This document shows, piece after piece, positions 1 through 10,742 of a stretch of 64,000 bases of DNA. The DNA is from an uncultured delta proteobacterium (GTDB taxonomy: Bacteria; Desulfobacterota; Binatia; UBA9968): positions 1 through 64,000 of the forward strand of contig CAVXEP010000035.1 of the NCBI GenBank assembly GCA_963760795.1, given 5' to 3'. Both the position numbers and the translations under genes were made by a program. Position 1 is the stretch's first letter. Each line of letters starts with the position of its first letter. The notes below the pieces were generated by a model, which was given only the letters and a program-made list of their open reading frames with translations, did no database searches and was not told the DNA's origin.

Positions 1-103
1 CCTTTCCGGAACGAAGGCACAGTATAAAAGTTTCTCATTTTCCGATAAGACAAGAGGTCAGATGTTCGAGCGAGCGGCAAGGTTACGGAGACGTATGACG
101 AGT

Positions 104-728
104 ATGAAAACTTTCTCTGCGCTATTTTTGCTGGCGGTTTTGTTGTCCGGCTGCACCGCGGCGTTTCGAGCGGAGAGCGCGGTCGCGCTGGGAAGGCAGG
201 AGTTATTCCAGGGACAAAATGCAGACGCGCTCGAATCTTTTGAAGTCGCCGCGCGAGAGTCTCCGGATTATTCGTTCGGCATCGATCGTCCCGAGGGCGT
301 TCTAAGTTATCTGGGCCGATCGCAGTATCTCAACGGTCAATATCCTCAGGCGCGCCAGACCTTGGAACGTGATCTCGCCCGAGACGAGGGTAACAGTCTA
401 TCGCGTTTGTATTTGGGCCTGACGCTGGTTCGGCTCAACGACCGGCAGAACGGGCTGCACGCTATGATCTGGGGCTTGAGTGGAATCCCTTTTTACATCA
501 ACTACGTCGTTGACAGCGCGGATGCGAAGTGATGTTCGTCGCTTCTGGGATCGTCACAATCAGATACGCAACGCAGTCGCTATTGCTCTCAAAATGGCCG
601 AACGCCAGGATCTCAATTGGAACGCGCTTATATCACTCAGCGAGAGAATCGCGCTGGCCTGGGAGCGGGAGCCGGATTTTACCCGAATGTCGCCTGAGAT
701 GAATCGCCCCTACAACCTCACTCCGTAG
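104..728 (+). CDS. TPR-like lipoprotein, frameshifted near 525
   Basis: Signal peptide with lipobox LSGC and TPR-like helices (LGRSQYLNGQYPQA, LYLGLTLVRL). ORFs 62-532 and 480-728 overlap in different frames. Confidence 0.6.
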
Positions 729-899
729 TGAATACTTTACCTGACGACAAACTCATGGCCGTGTGACCATGAATATTGTGCATGTGTGTGTGACCCCCAT
801 GTGTGACGGAGATCGGCAGGGCTCGAAACGGCGGCAGGCTTTTGCACGGGCTGGCGGCTTCGTATAGTCGTATCAAGAAATTTTTATAGGGGGAAAACA

Positions 900-1757
900 A
901 TGGCGGAAATGGACCTGCCCGACATCGATCTTGAGGGCCGCGTCGTCATCATGACCGGCGCCGACCGCGGCCTTGGCCGCGCGATGAGCCTCGGCCTCGC
1001 AAAAAAGGGCGCGCGCCTGGTGCTGGCCTCGCCGGTCATGGACGGTCTCAACGCGGTGGCGGAGGAGATCGCCGCCATCGCCGGGCCGGGCCGGGCGCTC
1101 GCCGTCGAGACCGACATCACCGATTTGGAATCCTGCGCAAACTGTCTGAGGGCCGCCGTCGACGCCTTCGGAGTGCTCCATGTGCTGGTCAACAACGCCC
1201 GCCGCCTGCGCCGCGACTCCGGTAAGCCGGAGGCCGCCGGGCATCTGCCCTTTTGGGCCGTCGATCCGGTTCTGTACCGCGAGACGGTGGAGGTCAACGT
1301 CGCCGGCACCTTTTTCATGTCGCGCACCGTCACGCCCTACTTCATCGAGATGGGCTACGGCAAGATCATCAACCTCACCACCTCGCTGCGCAATTTCTAC
1401 TCGGTGGGCCAGAGCCCCTACGGCGTCACCAAGGCGGCCATCGATTCGTCCACCTATATTTGGGCGCGCGACCTCGAAGGCAAAGGCGTCACGGTCAATG
1501 CGCTGCTGCCCGGCGGCGCCTGCGACAACGGCGACGTCAACCGCCCGCCGGAACCCGGGCGCACGCTGCTCCCCGCCGATATCATGAACCCGCTTCTGGT
1601 GTGGATGTGCTCGGCCCGCTCGGACGGCGCGACCGGCACGCGATTCGTCGGCGCGCTGTGGGACAATTCCCTCGACCCGGACCAAGCCGCCGCCGGCTGC
1701 CTGGAGGACGCCTCGATCCGCGGCGCCGGGGCGCGGGATTCTAAGGTCAAGTCTTGA
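900..1757 (+). CDS. SDR-family oxidoreductase
   Basis: TGADRGLG, LVNNA and YGVTK motifs; GGGGG RBS-like run upstream. Confidence 0.93.
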   Translation: MAEMDLPDIDLEGRVVIMTGADRGLGRAMSLGLAKKGARLVLASPVMDGLNAVAEEIAAIAGPGRALAVETDITDLESCANCLRAAVDAFGVLHVLVNNARRLRRDSGKPEAAGHLPFWAVDPVLYRETVEVNVAGTFFMSRTVTPYFIEMGYGKIINLTTSLRNFYSVGQSPYGVTKAAIDSSTYIWARDLEGKGVTVNALLPGGACDNGDVNRPPEPGRTLLPADIMNPLLVWMCSARSDGATGTRFVGALWDNSLDPDQAAAGCLEDASIRGAGARDSKVKS

Positions 1758-1799
1758 ATCTTGCTGTCGCCTCGTTTTAGACCGTTTCTACCGGTCACT

Positions 1800-1991
1800 C
1801 TACATCTTGGCGACCAAGCCACTACCATGTTCGGCAATCACGGCGTCGAACTCGTCGACCGCCGTGTTCACGTCCATGGCGCGCACGCGATAGATGTCAC
1901 CGTGGGACGCGGGGAAGGGCTCGATGCCCTGCTGGAGTTCACGGGCGAGATTCAGCAGCCGGCGGCGCGCCGTGATGATCGCGAGGTCGCT
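1800..1991 (-). pseudogene. Duplicated 3' fragment of the Rieske oxygenase gene (repeat copy 1)
   Basis: Aligns with 4291-4482; 1852-1982 is identical to 4343-4473; encodes SDLAIITARRRLL...AKM*. Confidence 0.9.
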
Positions 1992-2200
1992 TGGCTCAAG
2001 GCGGCACGCAAAGCTGGCAAGCGGATTCCTAGGCCGCGTTATCGTCCGATGATTTATCAAGTGGCGGGTTGACGAGCGGCATATTATTTCGATTCAGGAC
2101 CTTGTCTTGTCGATATATGCGTATGACCAGCGGCTCGCGGATCATCCGGAAATTGTCTTAATTCGTATGGTAAACACGAAAGGTAAACGACGACAAACAC

Positions 2201-2839
2201 TTAGACCGCCTGATTGATCAGGTTCCGTTGACGCAACTCTTTGGTTGAAAGCTGACGTTTTTGGTTGATGATCTCAGTCCGTTCGGGAGATACCGAGAAG
2301 CTCACAGCAAACCAAATACCACCTAATCGTCGCAGGTCCGACCCAGGGGCCAAGTTTATCCGGTTGACCTTGCTCTGCGCGAGCGCAAGGCGTTGCCGTC
2401 GTTGTTCCTTGGCGCGTTTCCGCGCTTTGTCCGTGTCGGCTTTTGCCCGCTTGAGGATGCCATCGTGCGGATCGACATAGAAGTCGTACCAACGCCACCA
2501 ACGAACCGCACTCATCGGCTCGCCCGCCTTGTTCATGGTCACCTTGACCGCAACGTAGTCTTTGAGATGATCGCGCACATGCTGCTGTACCGCGTTGGTT
2601 GCTTTGAGATGGGCGCTAATCTCCGAGTAAACTTTCGACCACGGACGACCGACCTGGCGGGCAAGATAACGCCGCAGGGGCGCAAGATTCTCGTTGAGCG
2701 ACTTGGTATCCGCCAAAAGAAATTTCATTCCTTGCTTGATCGGCTGCGCTTCCCAATTGCCGCGCAACCGGCCTTTGAACCGACCCGAAGCTCCCCGCCT
2801 CGGCCGTTCGACGATCACTTTGGCCATATCTTCGCGCAT
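2201..2839 (-). CDS. Basic (Arg/Lys-rich) hypothetical protein, MREDMAKVIVERPR...
   Basis: Intact ORF with AGGAG RBS before the ATG at 2839; no recognisable domain. Confidence 0.7.
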   Translation of the reverse strand: MREDMAKVIVERPRRGASGRFKGRLRGNWEAQPIKQGMKFLLADTKSLNENLAPLRRYLARQVGRPWSKVYSEISAHLKATNAVQQHVRDHLKDYVAVKVTMNKAGEPMSAVRWWRWYDFYVDPHDGILKRAKADTDKARKRAKEQRRQRLALAQSKVNRINLAPGSDLRRLGGIWFAVSFSVSPERTEIINQKRQLSTKELRQRNLINQAV

Positions 2840-3294
2840 GGCGTTTCTCCTACTAAAGTTTTTCTGTGCCGGAACGCGGTCGACCAGCCGCGCCAACAAT
2901 CAGCGCTGAGGCGGCGACCTTTTTCATATCGCGGCGAATATCCTTCGACGCTCAATGAATCGCTTTATTCAACTTGGATTTGGGCCCTGGCTACGTTCAG
3001 GACTCTGCGGATTTGGCAGGCAAAAAAAATGAGCGGTGTCACAATGAGGAATGGCGCTCCTGAAAACAGGATTCAGCGTTCTTAAAGAACTTGTCCTGAC
3101 GCCCCGGGGTTTTTCATCCTCGCGCCCGGTATTTGGACCCGTGCTCACCGCTCGCATTGATAAATATCGCTGGCCGGCTTCGCCGTCAAGACCTGTAACG
3201 CTGCTAGGTCCCCGCCCCGCTATTATTTACTTATAGTGGTCTAAGGGACAGCAATCTTCTTCTATCACACAAAGTATGATATTGTCACAGAACT

Positions 3295-3684
3295 GTGAGA
3301 GGTCGTTTGCGGATATTTAAAAATGCCTGGTTTAGCCGGTTTGCGCGGCGGGAAAATATCAAGGACGCGGTTCTAGTTGATGCCGTTGCGCGCGCCGAGC
3401 GCGGTGTCATTGATGCCGATCTCGGTGGAGGAGTGATCAAGCAGCGGATTGCCCGGCCGGGTCAAGGTAAGTCCGGCGGTTATCGGAGCATTATTCTATT
3501 CCGCAAAGGAACACAGGCATTTTTTGTTTACGGCTTTGCGAAGAGTGATCGCGAAAATATCGAAGACGATGAGTTAGAGAAATTCAAAATCCTAGCAAAG
3601 GCATGGTTTGCGCTCTCAGATAAGCAAATCGAAGCCATGACGAGGGACAAAGCACTAACGGAGGTCAAACATGAAGAAAAGTAA
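3295..3684 (+). CDS. RelE/ParE-family type II toxin
   Basis: ADLGGGVIKQRIARPGQGKSGGYR signature; overlaps the downstream HTH gene. Confidence 0.88.
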   Translation: MRGRLRIFKNAWFSRFARRENIKDAVLVDAVARAERGVIDADLGGGVIKQRIARPGQGKSGGYRSIILFRKGTQAFFVYGFAKSDRENIEDDELEKFKILAKAWFALSDKQIEAMTRDKALTEVKHEEK

Positions 3685-4000
3685 AAAGCGCCGCTATCGT
3701 TCGGATGCCTTTGCGGCGATCCATGAGACGGCAAAAGCTATGTACCGTGTCGGCGGTATCAGCAAGACGACGATGCGTGAATTTGACGAGTCTTGCCTTG
3801 AGACTGTGGAGAGCATAAAGCCTGCGCAGATACGCGCCTTGCGGCAACAGGCGAATGTTTCGCAACCGGTCTTTGCGCGTTACATGAACGTATCGAAAAA
3901 TCTGGTGTCGGCTTGGGAACGCGGCGAAAGAAAGCCCGGCGGACCGGCGCTGCGGCTCCTCGGCGTTATTCGAAAACACGGACTTGAGACGATTATCTAG
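3671..4000 (+). CDS. XRE-family HTH antitoxin (HigA-like)
   Basis: SQPVFARYMNVSKNLVSAWERGERKP helix-turn-helix; toxin-first gene order. Confidence 0.88.
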   Translation: MKKSKKRRYRSDAFAAIHETAKAMYRVGGISKTTMREFDESCLETVESIKPAQIRALRQQANVSQPVFARYMNVSKNLVSAWERGERKPGGPALRLLGVIRKHGLETII

Positions 4001-4290
4001 ACCGCCGCTCTGTGAATTATCGTTCGCCTTTGAAGGAGATCTGCTGTGCACGGTCGATCGGCGAATCGGCCAGTGCTTCGGTGAGCCGTGGCTCGGCGAA
4101 GCGCGGGTAAAGAGCTTTGTCGGCATCGGCTAATCGTAACCTTGGGATTCGGCCAATTGAAAGGTTAACGAACGGCCGCCAGGTGGTGCATTGCATAGCC
4201 CAGACGTCAAGCCAGGTTTGTTGGCTTACTGACGTAGGCGCAAATCAGCGGGGGCATCGTCCGACCCGTTGGGTGCCACCCTACGGCAAC

Positions 4291-4482
4291 CTACACCTTG
4301 GCGAGCAAGCCATTCCCGTGGCTGGCGATCACGGCGTCGAAGTCGTCGACCGCCGTGTTCACGTCCATGGCGCGCACGCGATAGATGTCACCGTGGGACG
4401 CGGGGAAGGGCTCGATGCCCTGCTGGAGTTCACGGGCGAGATTCAGCAGCCGGCGGCGCGCCGTGATGATCGCTTGGTCGCT
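4291..4482. repeat. Direct repeat copy 2 (192 bp; partner at 1800-1991)
   Basis: Direct alignment at offset 2491 bp. Confidence 0.9.
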
Positions 4483-5563
4483 GGTGCCGAGGTGCTCCTT
4501 GCGGCGGTCGTAGATCGGGCCCATGCTTTCTTGTATCGCACGATCCTGGTCGTTGACGCCCCAGATGCCGGTGTAGCTCGTAGTGCGCTGGATCTCGCGA
4601 TCGAGCAGGTAGTCGTTCGCCATGTTGCGCTTGGGGATGAAGGTGCCGGGGATCAACTCGGGAGGGAACGCGCGACCGGTGCGGCGCATCGCAAGGTCCT
4701 GGTCGGTCAGCGGCCGATCCGGGTGGTAGGAGATGTAGAAGGTCATGGTGCGATTGTCGTCGACCGGAATCCAGGCTCGTGCGCCGGCCGGGAAGCGGAT
4801 GAAGGGGATGAGGCTATAGGTCGGCAGCAGAGCCTGGGTCACCCGCCAGTTGTAGGTTCCCTCGCCGATGGTGCGGCGGGCGCCGTAGCGGAAGCCGTAG
4901 TCGGTGTCGTTCACGATGATCTTGGGCGCCTTGTCCAGCGCCTTCTAGCCTCGGATCGATGGCGCCGCCGTCGCCAGTGGGCGAAGCCGCCGGGTCCAGG
5001 TAGGTGTGGAGGAACGAGGCGTGGGAGCTGTCGATGTCGCCCTCGTAGCCCTGGAGGTAGTTGGTCTCCTGGTACCACTTCGACACCGAGCGGTGGCTAT
5101 CGGGAACTCGGGTCCACTCCAATTCGGGTAGCTCGGCGCGGAGATGTTCGGGCCCCATGTAAACCCAGATCAGGCCGCCGTGGAGGGCGGTCGGGTAAGC
5201 CGTGATGTGGATCTTGTCTTTGAAGTTGCTCTCGGCGGGTTCGGATGGCATGTCGACGCAGTTGCCGGCGACGTCAAATTTCCAGCCATGGTAGACGCAG
5301 CGAATGCCGCACTCCTCGTTGCGCCCGAAGTAGAGAGAGGCGCCACGGTGCGGGCAGTGCGCTTCGACGACGCCGATTTCGCCATTTGAATCGCGAAAGG
5401 CGACCAGGTCCTCACCGAGCAGGCGCAGGCGCACGGGCGGGCAATCCGCCCCGGGCAACTCGTCGGACAGCATCGCGGGCAGCCAGAAGCGCCGAAACAG
5501 CTCGCCCATGGGCGTTCCCGGCCCGACACGACATGCGAACTCGTTGTCTTCTTTGCTTAACAC
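4291..5563 (-). CDS. Rieske non-heme iron oxygenase (phthalate 4,5-dioxygenase/LigX-like), frameshifted near 4940
   Basis: CPHRG...CVYHGW Rieske motif; EGDIDSSHASFLH mononuclear Fe motif; QDRAIQES; two overlapping ORFs. Confidence 0.9.
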
Positions 5564-5575
5564 AGCGCCTCCCCT

Positions 5576-6040
5576 GTATAGGAAATTTAAACCACTTTTA
5601 TTCCTGTTCGCAGCAATATCGCTGAACTGGCGAGGGTGTCAATCATCGGAGAGTTTTATGAAAATCTCAATGTTGCGTCGGTGGCTCGGACAGCGCAGCG
5701 GTCGGAGAGTGCGAAATGTTCCAGATCGCGCCGCTCGCTCGCACCCAGAGGGAGCGGCTGCGTCGGCTCGCGTTGGCAACCGGTTGGGGCTTCCCAGATC
5801 CTCTGGAATAGCTCGATCGCTGCGCTGGCGCGCACGGGGGCGGGTCGGTACGCCGAGATGGCTGAGGATTTTGACAATCACCGCCGGATCTTCGATGCCG
5901 GTCCGAGCATGTCAAAGGGGCGGCGATGATCTTCAGGCTGCCGCCGCGGTCGGGCAGGGTGCAATGTCGAGCGAAGACCCGTTTGAGCAGGCTTGCTTAA
6001 CTCAGGCGCGCCGGCGCGCCCTGCGCGTAAAATGTCGGCC
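5576..6040 (-). mobile_element. IS91/ISCR-family transposase 3' remnant with oriIS end
   Basis: Degenerate frames give LLKRVF...GGSLKIIAA/IEDPAVIVKILSHLG, the ISCR transposase C-terminus. The minus strand ends in GTGGTTTAAATTTCCTATAC (5595-5576), resembling ISCR oriIS. Confidence 0.75.
5615..5642 (-). promoter_or_regulatory. Putative sigma70 promoter inside the ISCR end, pointing at the Rieske gene
   Basis: TTGACA (5642-5637), 16 bp spacer, GATATT (5620-5615). Confidence 0.5.
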
Positions 6041-6195
6041 CTGAAGGTCCTATAGTTGCGTCTATACGATATATGCGCAATTAAAAACAGATATGTGAAA
6101 CTATGATTGCGCATAGACTTGTTAGTTGCGCATAGGTATGGAAATCGGGATCGACAGTGTAAGCGTGCGGCTCAAAAGTCTAGGCGAGCGGGTGA

Positions 6196-7306
6196 CTAAC
6201 TTACTTCGAACGGTACCCCGGTCTTCGTCGATATATCCATCAAATCATCGACCACCGGTTTCAGTAGCGGTATTCCTTCTTTGCTTCTGATCGCTTCCGC
6301 TTCTCGTTCCGGGTCGCCGGGAATCAGTGGGCCGTTGGTTCCCGGGGCGGGTTTGGTTTTTCGGAAAACTTGAATCCAGTCGTCGATCTGTTTTTTGAAT
6401 TCGTCCTTGTCGATGAAGCCGTCGATCTGCATGGCGCCGAAGAAGTGGCCGATGCCTTTGCCGACGCTGCGCTCGGGGATTTCTTGGCGCAGCGCGAAGG
6501 GCGGGGCGAAGGGGCCCCAATTGGCGCCGCTGAGGACGCAGCACAGGATATCGACCATGGACGCCAGGCCGTAGCCTTTGTGGCCGCCCATTTCGCGGTC
6601 GGAGCCGAGCGGCAGCTGGGCGCCGCCGTCGATCATGTCTTGCGGATTGGTGGTGTCGCGGCCGTCTCTGTCGACGATCCAGCCTTTGGGCACCGGCTCG
6701 TTCTTGCGCAGGGCGATTTCGATCTTGCCGTAGGCCACGGCGCTGGTGGCCATGTCGATGACGATGGGCGGTTCTTTAAGTCCGGGGAATGCGATGGCGA
6801 TGGGATTGGTGCCGAGCATTCTTTCGGCGCCCCAGAGCGGCGCGACCAGTTTGGTCGTGTTGGTCATCGCCCAGCCGATCAGGTCGCGTTCGAGCGCCTT
6901 CAACGGATAGTAGCCGGCGATGCCGAAGTGGTTGGTGTTGCAGACGCTGACCCAGCCGGAGCCATGCTGCTCGGCTTTGTCCATGGCGATTTCGTTGGCC
7001 TTCGGGCCAACGACCAAGCCTAAACCGTTGTCGCCGTCGACGGCTGGCGACGCTGGCTTTCTCGCGGACGATTTTGATATTCGGCCTCGGATTGATCCTG
7101 CCCAACTCCAACATTTCAAAATAAGTATGCAGCCGGGCCACGCCGTGGGAGTCGATGCCGCGCAGATCGCTCCTGGCCAATACGTCGGCGGCTTGCTCGG
7201 CGTCGGCGCGCGGCACGCCGAAGTGCATGAACACCTGGGTGGTAAAGTTGCGCAGATAAGCGTCGGGGAAAAGATAGGTTGTCGGTTCGTCTGGGGTTAC
7301 GGTCAT
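6196..7306 (-). CDS. Ldh_2-family oxidoreductase (AllD/ComC/malate-lactate dehydrogenase type), frameshifted near 7050
   Basis: RGIDSHG, NTNHFG, GTNPIAI, DMATS and GGHKGYGL motifs. Confidence 0.9.
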
Positions 7307-7337
7307 GACCAAGAATTAGTTTGTCGCTGTGGCGCTG

Positions 7338-8347
7338 TCAATGATTCTCGTTGGCTAGCAGAAACTGCAACAAGAGAGTCTGTTGAAACGGATTGTAGTT
7401 GTCGTCGGAGACCAGATAAATCATCGTGCCTTTGGCCGTTTCCTGGACAGCGAGTCCTTCGAAATTCTCCGTGACCAGAGGTTGCTCGATCTTGAGCAAT
7501 TCCTTGCCGCTGAGTTTGGCGCCCGGCTGGATCGTTTTAGCGTCGATCATCGTCAAGCGCGCCGACAAGATACCGAAGGGCACATAGCGCCGTTCGAGCA
7601 CGAGGACGTCGCCATTTTTTAAGCGCGGCACAGTCGGTGACGCGATAGCCTTTGGCGGGCAGATAGGAAAGCTCCGCGAAACGGCTGCCGTCGAGCAGCC
7701 AGCCCTTGAAGCTGCCGTCGGGATTGGCGAACTCTTCGGTCAACGCCAACAGCCTGCCCGTCGGGCAGCGACGTTAACCCTTCGAGCCCGCCGTTGCGCG
7801 GCGCGCGCGCTAGCGTCACTGGGAACCGGGATCGGGGTTGGCATCGAGGTGAAAGTCCGCGGCGGCGCATCGTAGCGCCAAATCCGATGGCTGCCTTCAA
7901 AGGCGACGAGCAATGAACCGTCCTGGGCGCGGGCCAACGCTTCGGCATCCGCCTCGGGACCCGGAGACGGGAGTTCTGGCCGGTGTGAGCATGGGAGCGA
8001 TTTGCCAATCGACGAGGTCCACTAGCGCGCTGTCGCCGTTGCTCACGATTCTCGCCGACAACCAATAACCGCGGTCGGAGATGGCGTATAGTTTGCCATC
8101 TCCACCGATTGTCAGTCCGGACAGTCCGCCGAAGCGCTTGTCCTTGGAATCCAATTGAAAAGCGCCCATGAGCGTCGAGCGCGCCGAACTGTTTGCGCTC
8201 AGGGTTTCTGGGGTCGAACTCGAAGGGAATCAATTCGACCAGGGGAGCCTTTGTTGATTGCGCGATGATGGCGCTTTTCCCCGAAAGCAATGAACAAAGG
8301 ATCGCAAACGCGATTATTGCAGAACGTCGTCTAGTCTGTCGCAGCAT
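7338..8347 (-). CDS. Phytase-like esterase family secreted protein (several frameshifts)
   Basis: FGGLSGL, AISDRG, NGGLEGL, ENFEGL and VSDDNYN motifs spread across 5 overlapping ORFs. Confidence 0.8.
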
Positions 8348-8494
8348 GTCGCGATGAAGGATTGCATCGTTGCTGCGTGCACACAAGTCTGATCAGCCTT
8401 GACAGAAGGAGCAGGCGCGTTATACGCAGTGCGCAGGCTCTTCATTTGTCTCGATTTCCACAAGCGGAAGTTTCAAGTTGGCAAGAGGTGTTGT

Positions 8495-10742
8495 GTGAGC
8501 ACTGACAAACGCAGTTTTTCCGTGGTCGGCAACTCGGTGCCGCGCGTCGATGGCGCCGATAAGGTCACGGGCCGGGCGAAGTATGTCGCCGATCTGGTCA
8601 TTCCTGGAATGATCGAGGGCAAGTTCTTGCGCAGCCCCTACGCCCATGCGCGGATTGTCTCGATCGATACGCGGGAGGCGGAGGCGCTGCCCGGCGTCAG
8701 TCGCGGTTCTTACCAGTAAAGATTTCACCGACATCAGTCCGTACATGGGGCGCGGCAACAAGAAGGACCAACCGATCATCGCCGTGGACCGGGTGATCTA
8801 CGCCGGCCAACCGGTGGCGGCGGTGGCGGCCATCGACAGGGCGACGGCGGAAGAGGCGTTGAGCATGATTCACGTCGAGTATGCTGAATTGCCGGCGGTG
8901 ATCAGCGTGGAAGAGGCGATGGCCGACGGCGCGCCGCGCTTGCACGACTTCGCCGAGAAAAACATTTGCGCCCATCACGAGCTTATCAAAGGCGATGTCG
9001 CCAAAGGCTTCGCCGAGGCGGACGTGATCGTCGAGGATGAGTTCGACTTTCCGATGATCTATCACTACTCGATGGAGCCGCACACGGCGATCGCCCAGGT
9101 CGACAGCGACGGCATCACCATCTGGACTTCCACCGGTCATCCTTTCGGCGTGCGCGCGGATGTCGCCGAGGTGTTTCACGCGCCGCTTTCGAAAGTGCGC
9201 GTGCATGTGAACTTTGTCGGCGGCGCCTACGGCAGCAAGTCGGGCGGCAAGATCGAGCCCCTGGTCACCGCGCTGGCGCGCAAAGCTGGGCGGCCGGTGC
9301 GCGTGGTGACCTCCGTCGCCGAGGCGATGGTCACCTGCCGGCGCCATTCGATCAAGTGTCAGGTCAAAACCGGGGTCAAAAAAGACGGCACGTTGGTGGC
9401 GAAGCAGGCGGATATATTTCTCAACACCGGCGCCTACGCCGAAACCGGCCCGACGGTGGCTGGGCGAACGCTGACACGAATTCTCGGCCCGTACCGCTAT
9501 CCCAATCTCAAAATCAATGCCTACTGCGTTTACACCAATACCGTTTCCGCCGCGTCGTTCCGTTCCATCGGCGGGCCGCAGACCGCCTGGGCGACCGAAT
9601 CGCAGATGGATATCATTGCTCATAAACTCGGCATCGATCCGGTCGAGCTGCGGCTAAAAAATCTGGTCAAGCAGGGCGAAGAGCTGCGGCCCGGTTACCG
9701 AGCGCTCGATACCGACTTGGCCAAGGGCTTCAAGCTGGTCACCGATAAATTGGGCTGGGACGGGCCGGTGTCAAAAGAAGGCCATGGCCGCGGCTGCGGC
9801 TTCGGCACCACCGATCCCGGCGCGCCGTTGGCGTCGACTTCGACGGTGCATGTGCTGGCAGATGGTTCGGTGGTTTTCATGTGCGGCACTTCGGAGCTGG
9901 GCCAGGGCGCCAAGACGATCATGAGCCAGATCGTCGCCGAGGAGCTGCGCGTGCCGCTCGAGCGCGTGACGATAAGACCGATCGACACGGCATTCACGCC
10001 CTTTGACCGCTCCACCGGTTCGAGCCGGTCGACGACGGTGATGGGCAAGGCCGTGGAGTTGGCCGGCGGCGATGCGCGCCGGCAGATTGTCGAGCTGGCT
10101 ATCGAGCATTTCGAATGCCCGGAAGAGGCGATTACTTTGAAAGACGGCGAAGCGAGCGCCGGCGGCAAGAAAGTTACTTACGGCGCGCTCATCAACAAGC
10201 ACTTCGCCGACCAGGGCGGCGAGCTGGTCGGCACCGGCTACGCCCATAGCGGCATGGCGCCGACGCCGGCCAATCCGCTGTTCTGGGAGATCGGCATCGG
10301 CGCGGTGGAAGTGAGCGTGGACCAAGAGACCGGCAAAGTTCACGTCGAAAAATATGTCACCGCCGCCGACGCCGGCAAGGCGATCCATCCGCTGCAATGC
10401 GAAGGTCAGGACGAAGGCTCGGCGATGATGGGCTTCGGCCATACGTTTTACGAAGCCTATCAATGGGAGGGCGGGCAGATCGTCAATTCCTCCCTGGTCG
10501 ACTACAAGGTGCCGACCTTCGACGACGTGCCGGATGAGTTTGAATCGATTCTCATCGAAGACGGCAACGGGCCGGGACCCTACGGTGCCAAAGGTTTGGG
10601 TGAAGGCGGCATCATTCCGGTCGCGCCGGCGGTGGCCAACGCGGTCTTTTGGAGCACCGGCGCGCGGGTGAAGACCCTGCCGCTGACGCCGGAAAAAGTC
10701 TGGCGCGCGATCAAGGAGGTGGCTAATGAGCGCAAGGATTAA
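8495..10742 (+). CDS. Xanthine dehydrogenase-family molybdopterin-binding large subunit, frameshifted near 8700
   Basis: [21 protein letters not shown] and AKGLGE motifs. Confidence 0.92.

Noticed and set aside
718-900. Short His-rich minus-strand ORF and GTGTGAC triple repeat at 761-807
   Set aside because: Too short and without an RBS or a recognisable domain; it may be a relic or an operator, but I cannot support either.
2070-4290. Integron cassette array
   Set aside because: I could not find convincing RYYYAAC...GTTRRRY attC sites or an intI gene.
1800-4482. Diversity-generating retroelement TR/VR pair
   Set aside because: The mismatches are not adenine-specific on either strand, and no reverse transcriptase is present.
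4117-5205. Long antisense or alternative-frame ORFs (for example 4117-5205, 873-1685, 14448-15668, 33650-34642, 54489-55469)
   Set aside because: They are shadow ORFs of GC-rich genes on the opposite strand, with no motifs of their own.
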